64,000 nucleotides of DNA, taken from positions 83,204,001-83,268,000 of the forward strand of contig OX597817.1 of the NCBI GenBank assembly GCA_951406725.2, read 5' to 3'. A model generated the notes under the pieces. It ran no database searches. It was not told the origin of the DNA and saw nothing but the letters and a program-made list of their open reading frames with translations. The position numbers and the translations under genes are program-made. This document shows positions 52,770-64,000 of the stretch, piece after piece; position 1 is the stretch's first letter, and each line of letters opens with the position of its first letter. The stretch comes from Octopus vulgaris (Eukaryota).

Positions 52770-52981
52770 TTATTCTTTTACTTGTTTCAGTCATTTGACT
52801 GCGACCATGCTGGAGCACCGTCTTTAGCCAAGCAAATCGTCCCCAGAGCTTATTCTTTGTAAGCCTAGTACTTATTCTATCTTTGTCTTTTGCCGAACCG
52901 CTAAGTTACGGGGACGTAAACACACCAGCATCGGTGGTCAAGCGATGCTGGGGGAAAACACAAACACACAAACATATACGC

Positions 52982-53025
<44 letters not shown>

Positions 53026-53156
53026 GAGGGGTTCTTCCAGTTACCATCTATCAAATCCACTCACAAGGCTTTGGTCGGCCCAAGGCTATAGTAGAAGACA
53101 GTTGCCCAAGTTGCCGAGTAGTGGTTGGTAAGCAAGCTATTTACCACACAGCCACT
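52770..53156 (-). mobile_element. SINE family A
   Basis: Reverse complement of the 47770-48135 features. Confidence 0.8.
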
Positions 53157-53187
53157 CATATATATATATATATGTACACACACACAC

Positions 53188-53218
<31 letters not shown>

Positions 53219-54456
53219 CTTACACATACATACATACACATACATATGCATATACTTGTACACTCATATACATGATTATGCTTGTTCAGTTTTGTTTAGT
53301 TGAATTGAAAAAAAAATATAGGCGGGGAGAGAATAATATAAGTTAAAGAACACTTTCGAAGTATACAGAAGGCGTTTCTATATACAAAAAGTACATAAAC
53401 AAATGAGTAAATAGGCACAAATTAACTGAAATTGCATATACAAATATATACACAAGAATAAATAAACAAATGAATATATAAATAGGCACATATTGATTTA
53501 AATAGTTATATATGTTGACATACACGTACATATATACACACACACATAACGTTCATATATATACATAAATATTATCCGTAAGTTTGCGGTTATAGAACCT
53601 AGCTGTTCTTTCTAGCGTGTTGAATCCCATGAGTGGATTCCTCATGTGTTTAAATGTACACTGTATTTTATGACCAATACACAGTCTTTGGATTAAATTT
53701 TTACACTTTAGTCCACTGGAAATGAAAATTCTAATTAATTTCCATTTCCCTTTGTTATGATTTGTATGTACGCGCAAATACACATACATACAAATATACA
53801 TATACACGTATATATTTACATATACATATATGTGTGTGTTTGTGTGTGTGTATGTGTGCGTGTGTATGTGTCTGTGTCTGTGTTCAAAGGGTATTAAGAT
53901 GTTGTTAAGGATATGTAAATGTGGTTATTAATGTAAGGCAAAAAGTTAACAATTGTAAGGCAAAGAGGTTAAACAGTTATAAATGTTACCAAGTGTGCAT
54001 GTTCAAATGATAGTTCTGGTTACTAAGAATGTGTAAAGGTGGTTATTTATGTGTGGTAACGAGTGCAATAATAATTTTAATTTTATATGCAATGGTTATA
54101 GTTATTATTATTATTAGTAATATACTTAAGTAAAAGTTCGGGAGGAAGGTAATTATTTTAGTGTATGTATGTACGTATGTAACTATATATATATATATAT
54201 ACACTTGGAAAAGGATGCGTGGCGTTCCATCATATAATAATATAAATAATACATACATTTATGCATAAAAAACGTAGACAAAAAGAATAACGAAAACAAA
54301 AAAAAAAACAAAAACATAGAAAACGAACATTTTTTTGAATAACGAAAAAACAGAGAAACGAGGCATGCAGCATAAAAAACATTCCCTTCATCAGTTGTCC
54401 CCTGTTTTATCTACTCTGCGTTTCATATACATGCATACATACATACATTTACATGC

Positions 54457-54534
<78 letters not shown>

Positions 54535-54569
54535 CCAAAAGTGTACGTACACCGCTACAGGTATATATA

Positions 54570-55093
54570 TTAAGAAAAAGTGGAACAAGTTAAGAGGCAA
54601 CAACAAACACCCGGACAGTTGGACGATACAAGGAAGGACAGAAAAAAACAAGTACGGGTCATTCGGAGCTTTCTACCGTCTGTCCAGCTCCAGAACGTCC
54701 CTGCAGTTTCGGCCGGATACACTCGGGACTTCTCAAATCTGGCTGGTCCCAAGAAAATCTAAGGTAAGAGCACTAGATTCTTTGGAAGAAAGTAAGCGAA
54801 TGTATACGAAAACAAGGACGAAAAAAGACGGAGAAGTGGTACACAATTACAACAAAACATTAACAACAGGTGTCTTTCGACTAAGGGCGAATTAAATTAA
54901 GCTGGTGTTTGTGGAGTGAAGACTTACGGCAGGAACATAAGGGATGAAAGTCATAGGAAGGAATATGAGATATGCTACACGGATGGCAGTCGAACCAAGA
55001 AAGAAAGATGAGTCTTGGCGGAACACCGGTTACGTGGAAGGAGAGGAGAGAAGTAGGAGGCAAAGGGACTGAAGAATTTGGGAAGGACAAGAA
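54570..55093. repeat. Interspersed repeat family (copy 3)
   Basis: Homologous to 10570 and 16826 (aatctggc..ccc, ggaagaaag, caggtgtctttcgactaagg). Confidence 0.7.
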
Positions 55094-55839
55094 AGTGCTT
55101 GGAAGGAAGGTGTGTAGCGTGTGATCATCGCGTTGACCATGACCGAAAAAGTTGACCAGAGAATCTGCATCAAATTTTGCCAAAAGCTTTGCAATACCTG
55201 TTGAGATCCTTATGCAATGCTTTCAAATATTTTTCATCGTTTTCGACACACTGAAGGAGATCTACATCTGAAGCGTGATTGTTTTCTTGGTCAGCAGAAA
55301 GCAATTTTGGCACAAACTTGGCAGACACACGTCTCATACCCAAATTATCAGTGATAATAGACTGAACTGAACCGAAACTAATCTGGACATTCTCTGACAA
55401 CTTACGGCTGGAGATTCCACTATTTCTCCTCATTGCTGCACACACATCTGCGATATTTTCCTCAGTTCTGCTGGTTGCGAGTCCCCCAGAATTGTTCGTC
55501 AATATCGACATGTTTTGGTCATCTTGGAAACGTCTGAACCACTCGTACACTTGTGTGCGCTTCACACACCTCCTGTCCATAGACTTTCTGCAACCTTGTG
55601 TAGGCCTCTGAGCAGATATCGCTATGACAACTTTCCCTCTCATGGTCAATACGACGATCACACGCTGCACACATTCCTTCCAAGCACTGCTGTAAACAGT
55701 AGAAGTGTGCTAGAACGTTAAAACCTAGTGCGCATGCACAGTGGAGTTCAAAGTCAATTTCTATCCAGCGGCTTTACTCTACGTGATTTAGCTTCGTTAC
55801 TATGGCAACAGTCCGAATACTTATTGATCAGACCTCGTA
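55094..55839 (-). mobile_element. Mariner 5' part (minus) plus an inverted second copy of the 5' end (55094-55200, plus)
   Basis: Minus: TIR tacgaggtctgatcaataagt, VYEWFRRFQD, LGMRRVSAKFVPKLLS. Plus: MTEKVDQRICIKFCQKL. Confidence 0.8.
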
Positions 55840-57963
55840 CATTCATTATGTACATATATTTAATCTAATTTGATGCCTAATCACCATTAGGAAAAAGGTT
55901 TGGTTTAGGGTTGGAGAGAGTCTTCTTATAGATGAAAATTTGAAATAATATAACCAGACCACTTGCGCCCGCATGCACATACACACACACATACACACAC
56001 ACAAAGAGACACACAGGTAAATATATGTATATGACTACAGTATATAAATATAGTTCCAATGCATTATATGTGCGTAGGCGGGCATGTGTTTGTGCGTGTG
56101 TGTGTGTGCGTGTGTGTGTGTGCGTGTGCGTGTGCTTGTTTGCGTGGTGTGTATGTTACCTTTTCTTCGCAAACATGTTTGCATCACCTGGCAACTACTG
56201 ATATACTGACTAGTTTTCACGGGAATATATTATAAGTCGAAACTTAATAAGTTAAAAAGTACTAAAAGCAAAAACTAAATTTTAAAAATCTATCGTATAC
56301 ACCTTCATTTTAATATGTAAACACACACGTTTACGCATATTTATGTAAAATACATTTTCCCTTACTGTGGTGGCGATAGTGAAGAAAAAGTATTGGAATT
56401 AATAAAATATTTACGAAATCTAAGTGACTATCTGAAATTGCACACTAGGGGAGTACGATAATTTATGATCAATTTTTTATGGTCGGTAATAATATCTGGC
56501 TGGTTTCAATGGACTTGATTATTTTCTCCAAAATGCAGTACATCTATATTTGCATTGACAATCGCAAAAATATCTCGGGAAATATTCAACATTGTCTTCT
56601 TTTGCTAATTGCCCCAGCAGGTTTATGTTCCTTGTTAACCAATGCAAAAGTTGACAACTATACCTTAATATGTAGTTGTTGTTTAGCTCTGAATGGTTAC
56701 TACCTGTAATCAAATATGTTCCTGATATGATTTTTCTTTTTCTGTGTATCTAAGACCATGAGCTAGTCTTTTATTTAATAGTGAGAGATATGAATGAATC
56801 ACATTTTTTTGAAGGAATTTTTGTAGTTATTCTTAATGGATTGGTTTTTCGCGAAGAGGTTTCTAATTGGTATGATACTTTAACATTTAAGCAGCGGCAA
56901 ATTATTGCCTGATTGTGTGCGAAACGGGAAAAGCCAAAGAAATATCTATTTCTCTTAAGTGTAATTCTTAAGCATATTTTCAGTTTATATAGATACAAAA
57001 ACTTCCATAATTGCAAGTTACTCGCACAATAAAATTTACAATCTCACTATCGAAAAATGTTTGTAAAATATTCACTTTCCTTTGCATCCGGCGTGAGTAT
57101 AAATTCAATTGAGATGCCCGCATTGTACAAATGTGCATCACTTGATGATGCACGTCGTTTAAGAGTTAATAGTCGCTTTTTAGATGGGGACAAACTCGCA
57201 ACTCCATAGGTGAGTATATATACCCAATTCATTTAATCTCAGCGTTACTGGTATTTAGCTTGTCTTCCCTGGTGGGGAAAATAGGCCACCATTCTTTGTG
57301 CAGTTCAAATTTTGAGGCATAAAACGAAAGCTCTGATGCCTTAATTAGTAACTTAATGAGAATATCTACTATTTCTACCAAATCATTGATCTCGCGTTTT
57401 TTGACAAAATGAAATATTTTCCCCGCATCGCTTTGTGCAGCAATAAACTAACTAGATATTGCTAGCACTGTTTTCATAATTCACACCTTATCGCATTAAA
57501 AAGTAAGATATCTGTAACGTATGTTTGATAAAATAAAATGGATGTTCACGGATGGATCATCGGTCATCATCAGGGCTGATCAGGTCCTGAGTAATATGAA
57601 TAAGAGCAACAAAGCAACAAATAAGTAGGGTAAAAGGGACCGAACATGAAGAGACAGTGAAATAAATTACATCGTTCATCTGTAAAGGTGAGGTTGAAAT
57701 CTGGAGCAAATCATTTAAAGGTCTCAATGAACTTAGCCAGGATCTTTACCTTTTGACCTACAGATAAACAATAATTTTTTGTAACTAACACTTTCAATAC
57801 TCCCCGTATTTTCTTATACAGTTGTAATTAGGAAAATGATATTTAACAGCCAGACGAAAGTTAATGGAATACGCTGAAAATTTATTCGACTGTTAATTTG
57901 CATTTGACGAACATTTGTTACATCGCTGCATTGATTATTTGACTTTAATAATTATCCACTTTT

Positions 57964-58145
57964 AAGCGGTGAACTAACAATCGTTAGCACGCTGGGCAGA
58001 AAGTTTAGAGGCAGTTCGTCTGTCTTTGCATTCCTAGTTCAAATTCCGCCGCGGTCGACTTTACCTTTCCTCTTTTCCGGGTTAATTTAATAGAGTGAAC
58101 CACTCCACCAAAATTGATGTCCTTCTGCAAAAATTCGAAACCAAT
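57964..58145 (+). mobile_element. SINE family B
   Basis: atcgttagcacgctgggc..gttcaaattccgccgcggtcgactttacctttc. Confidence 0.7.
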
Positions 58146-59599
58146 ATATTACCCATTTCTTAATTTTTGAAATTACATTTATTCTTTTTAAACCAAAGTT
58201 CTATGAAAGAGAAAATAAAACCTAAAACCCTGAAAAGACATTGATTAAAAACAAATCACATATATTCAATTCAGTCAATTTCTGGAGAAGATACAACTGT
58301 TTTGATGAATATATAATGTTTTTTTCCAAATGATTAATGCCCTGCATTTACTCTAAAATATTTAAAGAATTGAAACAAATGCACTTCCAGTAACAATGAG
58401 ATGCAAGAATCAATTACTAACTTTTGCAATGGAATATTTGCAAGTATAAATCATGTTACATACATTGAGTTTGAGTTTAAAATAAAAGGCTTACATTATC
58501 TTCACATTGCTTTACGTACTCTGAAATGAAATTTACTTGTTTAACATACTTCCTACTCATGAAAATATCAGAATAATGTTTGTAAAGTATTTTTTCATCT
58601 CTTTTACATTCATTTAGACGTGTAATCCGTCAATAACTTGCCATTAAAGCTTGTTCCCATTTCCATTTATAATCAATTTAAAATGTAAACTCTTAGGATG
58701 AAATTATTCTAAACTTGAAATCTGTTTATTAGCATTAATAACAATTAAGGGTTGATATTTTCTATCAACATATATGGAATTATAATTGCAACATTTTTAT
58801 TCAATAATTTTAATATATACTCAGTAATTCCCCAAGTATATAAAAGGGAAATAAATTAATCCTGAATATATATTCTCTGAAGCCGTACACATATCTATCC
58901 GCAAACTAACATACATCGACAAATTTACATCCATCCATCTTCGAACATATACAACAAATATTTAAATCCACTTCATTATAATTTTCTTAATAATTATAAC
59001 TTCAACTTAATTGGATTAAATATAGATTAAGAAGGTAGATATAATTCTATGTTTATCAGAAGTTCGTTTAGTGAGCAACATGGTTCTGTGTTCGCTCTCA
59101 CTGTAATGTACAAGTGCTGTCTATACTACCGTAAGTTTGACCTAAACATTGTGAGTGGAATTATAATAGGTGAAGTATTAAATTCCCAAATATCTCTCCT
59201 GAAAAACGGAATAACTAAACGGTGGGGACAAAAAGGGAAGCGAAATGATTAGGTGCCATCAAATAATGGCAACATAAAAGATTCAACTTGACGGAAGCAG
59301 TCTTCAGTTTTGCATGAAAAATCATATATTCATTTCAGCTTGTATGTTCGAATGTATGTTAGTATTATATAAATTAGTATCATGTATGTATGTCATAAGT
59401 TCGAATTATGTATGTCATACATATACCTCAACGGAATTTGAATTCAGAACATAAAGACGGACATAATATCACTAAGCATTTTGCCCGACGCGTAAGCGTT
59501 CTGCTAGCTTGGTTTCAAATTTTAGCACAAGTTCAACTATTTCGGGGGTGACACTAGGTAGAATTTCGGCGATCGCAGGTCAAGGGTTGTATTAGAAAT

Positions 59600-60320
59600 T
59601 GTGTAGATATATGTTTGCTGTTAGAAGCAATGTTGTCTAATTAGGGATAATTGAACTTCATAACGTAGTGGTAAATGAACTTCATGTTGTAGGGGTCGAA
59701 AACTGGATGCTTATGATGTAGTGTATTGTGTCTTAGTTAGCATTTAGTAGTAGCTCCTTGCTATATAGATCGAAACTTTTAGATTACATAGTGGATTGAA
59801 CCACATTATTTTGCTCTTGTTCTCTTCGGATTCGGGAGTTGGATGCAGTATTTACTAGCTTTTCAGTGAACCCACTCCCCGTTAATACCTTCTTATAATC
59901 GACACGGACTTTTGAAGAGCCATATATCTGCTGATAGCTTAGAGATTCTTCTATATATGCCTGTGATTAGACTTTTAATATTAGCTAGGAATAGTTGAAA
60001 TTTTTGTGAATACATATATGGTTTTGTCCTTGGCTTCCCTGTAAGGGTAGTATTTTCCCGTTTGCAGGTATAGGGAAGTCAGCCTAAGTCAGCTTACGAA
60101 CAGGAAGTCAGCCTTAGTCAAATTGGTAGTGACCGTTATAGATATAGCGAATTCTTTGAAGATCCTTGTCACCTGCTTCCTGTACTTGTCGATAGTATGG
60201 CTCGTCATGTGACATGAGATTGCCAAGCTATGGGAGAGTGTGTGCTCCCTTGGGGTATCTAGGATAAAAGCATCGACGTGGCCAGCGTTTGTATTTTCCT
60301 TTCGATAAATCGAACAGAAT
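59600..60320 (-). mobile_element. Decayed PLE reverse transcriptase fragment (different clade from 4520)
   Basis: RKQVTRIFKEFAISITVTTNLTKADFL, YPYREAKDKTICIHKN, GIYRRISKLS, KIMWFNP. Confidence 0.65.
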
Positions 60321-60324
60321 GTAC

Positions 60325-60640
60325 ATATGCATGTATGGTTAAGAAGCTCACTTTGTAACAGCGTGATTTCGAGTTCAGTTGCATTGTGCGGCGCCTTGTG
60401 TAAATGCATTTTATAATAGTCACAGGTCAAGCAATGCCTTTTGTGTGTTTTTGCTAAACGTAAACTATGGGTATACTTGTGTGTGTGTGATTTTGTATAT
60501 GCGTACCCACGTACGTGTCTTATTATTTCTGTGTATGTCGTACCACCCTCACTTGACAAACTTAATCCTTAAACAAACTACTGAGTCAATTTGTTCGACT
60601 AACGCTCCTTCATGGAACCCATTGACAGAAACAAGTAAAA
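60325..60640 (+). mobile_element. SINE family A (diverged)
   Basis: tggttaagaagctcac..gagttcagttgcattgtgcggcgccttg...tgacagaaacaagtaaaag. Confidence 0.55.
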
Positions 60641-60676
<36 letters not shown>

Positions 60677-61259
60677 GAAGGTGTGATGGTGACTCTATAC
60701 AGCCATACATATATGGCCATATATCGTCTGGAGTGTGTATGCACCAGCAAATATTCCGTGCTATTCGAATACCTTCCATCGGCTTATAAATATTTGCTTA
60801 TCAATCTTACCATCATAAATCCAGTGAATCTGTGAATGAGTCACAGAAAGTTTGTAGACAATAATTTTATTATTCCTAAATGACGATATAAAAAAAAAAG
60901 AACATGAAATTTTCATTTATGCAAACAATCTTTCGATAATTAAATCGATTTCAGCTATTGTATATCTTATGATAAATGTAATTCTATGCCGTGTTGGCCA
61001 TTATGCTCCAATACTGATGTCACAGAACCAGATTATGTTATCCTAATCAATTATTTACATAACAATAACAATACATGTATTCATAACTATATAATCAGAT
61101 AATAACGAATATCAAATATTGTTACAGAAATATCTATGTTCAAATTTTGTCCGAATTTTAGAAATGCGTAATTATCAATGTTATAATTTGATATACTTCG
61201 ACTGTTTTCAACTTTGCTTGTTACAGCTATAATATTTTGGACTTATCATTATAATACAT

Positions 61260-61653
61260 TCTTTTCTACTCTAGGCACAGGGCCCGAAATGTTTGAGGAG
61301 GGAGCCAGTCGATTAGATCGACACCAGCAAATGGTACTTCATTTATCGACTCCGAAAGGATGGAAGGCAAAGTCGACGTCAGCTGAATTTGAACTCAGAA
61401 CATAAAGGCAGACGAAATACCTATTTCTTTACTACCCACAAAGGGCTAAACGCAGAGAGGACAAACAAGGTCAGACAAACGGATCAAGTCGATTATATCG
61501 ACCCCAGTGCTTAACTGGTACTTATTTAATCGACCCCGAAGGGTGAAAGGCAAAGTCGACCTCGGCGGAATTTGAACTCAGAACATAGCGGCAGACGAAA
61601 TACCGCTAAGCATTTCGCCCGGCGTGCTAACGTTTTCGCTAGCTCGCCGCCTT
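61260..61653 (-). mobile_element. Two tandem/nested SINE family B units
   Basis: aggcaaagtcgac..gaatttgaactcagaacat..gcagacgaaatacc occurs twice; head gctcgccgcctt. Confidence 0.85.
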
Positions 61654-61675
61654 AACATTGTAATACATTAATATA

Positions 61676-62961
61676 TTGGGTTGGCAACTAAGTTCCCGCC
61701 GTTTTTTTTTTAATTTTGGAATTTATTGCGTTTTTAAATTTTGGAATCTATTTGTTTTTTCGAGAGTTCAATTTTTGAATCATTTTGGAATCTATTTTGT
61801 TTTGTTTTTTTTTCTAGTTAATTTTAGTTAATTTTTGTTTATATTTAGATCATTACAATGGAATGTCAAGTTAAGAAAAACGACCATTTTCGACACCTTC
61901 GTTTTGCTTTTAATCAAGGTTCTAAGGCCGCAAAAGCCGCTGCGACGTTTGTGCTGTGTATGGAGAGGGTGCCATAGCCGAAAGAACTGCTCGGGATTGG
62001 TATGCCAAGTTCAAAACTCGAAATTCTGACCTCAAAGACGCACCTCGTTCTGGCCGTTTAGTTGAATTCGATGAAGATAGATTAAACCAACTTTTGCACG
62101 AAAATTCTCATCAAACGACAAGGGAACTCGCAAAAAAATGGAATGACCCACACTGCTATAGAGAAGCAAGCATCTTCACTCGATGGGAAAGGTTCAGAAG
62201 TATGGAGCATGGGTTCCGCATGCTGTAAGTGACAACAACAAAAGTCAACGAGCCACAATCTCCGCTTGTTTGCCTGCTCATCACTGCTCAATTCATGGAT
62301 ACAAACAACGATTTCTTTACCGAATCGTTATTGGCGACGTAACATGGTGCCTGTACATCAATATGAAGCAGCGTAAGAAATGGCTTAGTCCCGGTAAACA
62401 AGCGACACCACGCGTGAAACAAGATCTTCATCCGCATAAAACGATGCTGTGCGTATGGTGGGACTGTGGAGGGATTATCCATTACGAATTACTTGAACGG
62501 AACCAAACGGTCAACGCGGAACTCTATGTTCAACAAATGGAACGACTCAAGAGAAAAGACCTAATCGGCAGCGTGAAGTTCTACTGCACGACAACACCCG
62601 CCCTCATATCGCCAATATAACCTGGGAATCCATTCAAACGCATGGCTGGGACGTGCTGCCACACCCGCCATACTCTCATGATTTGGAACCAACGGATTTC
62701 CACCTCTTTCGATCTCTTTCAATTGCTATGCGCGGAGCTTCATTCAATACTGATGCAGAATTGAGAGCTTGGCTGGATCAATGTTTTGTGTCGAAATCGG
62801 GTGATTTCTACCAACGAGGTATTCAAAGTCTTGTTGAACGCTGGGAAGAAGTTGTAAACAACAAGTTTTAATACATTATTGATTAGTTAGCTGTTATTTT
62901 TTATTAAAACTTTTAAAAATTTGAATTTTAAAAAACGATGGGAACTTATTTGTCAACTCAA
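61676..62961 (+). mobile_element. Near full-length mariner (DD34D) transposon, frameshifted
   Basis: TA-ttgggttggcaactaagttccc / gggaacttatttgtcaactcaa-TA. MECQVKKNDHFRH, DAPRSGR, WVPH, IVIGDVTW, LCVWWD, LHDN, HPPYSHDLEPTDFHLF. Confidence 0.92.
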
Positions 62962-63016
62962 TATAACTTAGCGAGAAGACCACCTTATATAATCGTTAGC
63001 AAACCGGGAAAATCTT

Positions 63017-63096
<80 letters not shown>

Positions 63097-63115
63097 CATG
63101 TATATATAGTTAGAT

Positions 63116-63303
63116 AGTTAATCCAAACAAGAAAGCACAGAAAACACAACAACGCGTGGACGTGGAACAAATATAGTATTATTGGACGCTCAGGAAGGAA
63201 GGAGGGTTTAACGTTTCGAGCGGAGCTCTTCGTCGGAAATATACGAGAAGGAAAGATCCAGAGAAGGGAAGACAAAAATCGCCAACGGTACACACGAGGC
63301 CAC
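63116..63303 (-). mobile_element. ~190-bp hammerhead-bearing repeat (copy 2; HHR 63207-63239)
   Basis: Minus strand: TTT-CCGACGA-A-GAGC TCC GCTC-GAAA-CGTT-AAAC; abuts (TA)n. Confidence 0.7.
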
Positions 63304-63580
63304 AAACATTTTCCAGAAGCTTTGTATTATACCCTCTGGCCGACAGATGCCTTGTGAGTAGATTTGAGACACGAAAATAGAAAGAGGCCTGTTGTATATA
63401 GATGTATGTGTGTTTGCTTATATATATATATATATATAGTAGGAGGTATACATATAATGAGAAAATGTGTATATTTACAAATATGTTGAGTTATACGATG
63501 AGAAAGAAAGAAGAAAGAAAAATGCCTTCTGGAATTATAATGAAATTTCAATGGGTTGATCATATCAAATTGAAAAAGAA

Positions 63581-63584
<4 letters not shown>

Positions 63585-63648
<64 letters not shown>
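63585..63648. repeat. (CT)n microsatellite
   Basis: Direct inspection. Confidence 0.95.
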
Positions 63649-63649
<1 letters not shown>

Positions 63650-63958
63650 GTACCATTTTCCCCCTCTTTGCTTTTTTCTCTTTCTTGATTGCTCTGCACC
63701 CTATCTTTCTCTCTTTCTCCCTTTCCACAAAAAACAAAATTTTCTCCGTTTCTAAATAAAAAAAATCAACCAAATTTACATTTCTTTTTATGAAGAATTC
63801 GATTAAACGAACGAAAGCGCTAATAAAGAATTGTCTAAAATTCTGACTGCCTCCTCCAGTCAAAATACAAAGCACTAACCGGAGGTGCTACGCAGTGAGA
63901 CTGAATCCCAAAGTATGTGGTTGAGAAGCAGGCTCCTAACAACAGAACCACGGATGTG

Positions 63959-64000
<42 letters not shown>

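Noticed and set aside
54340-54425. CTGATGA with upstream GAAAC on the minus strand (type II hammerhead?)
   Set aside because: No helix I or II pairing could be built.

Overview
AT-rich, microsatellite-dense eukaryotic DNA made almost entirely of transposon debris. No host exon, rRNA, true tRNA or CRISPR array could be supported. The SINE families and TA/CA/GATA microsatellite load resemble an octopus (coleoid cephalopod) genome; this is inference. The main element is a ~4.7 kb Penelope-like retroelement (PLE, minus strand, 3449-8132) bounded by (TA)n tracts. It carries an intact 784-aa RT + GIY-YIG ORF and a separate upstream coiled-coil ORF1 that overlaps it at a U-rich junction resembling a frameshift site. 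Also present are three further PLE fragments, about nine hammerhead-ribozyme-like motifs, one HDV-like ribozyme candidate enclosed by 40-bp inverted repeats, and two perfect palindromes (241 bp and 62 bp). The rest comprises several Tc1/mariner relics, hAT, L1/Tx1, CR1, R4-like and Gypsy fragments, a non-autonomous Helitron, MITEs and many tRNA-derived SINEs. Coordinates were read by eye and may be off by a few bases.
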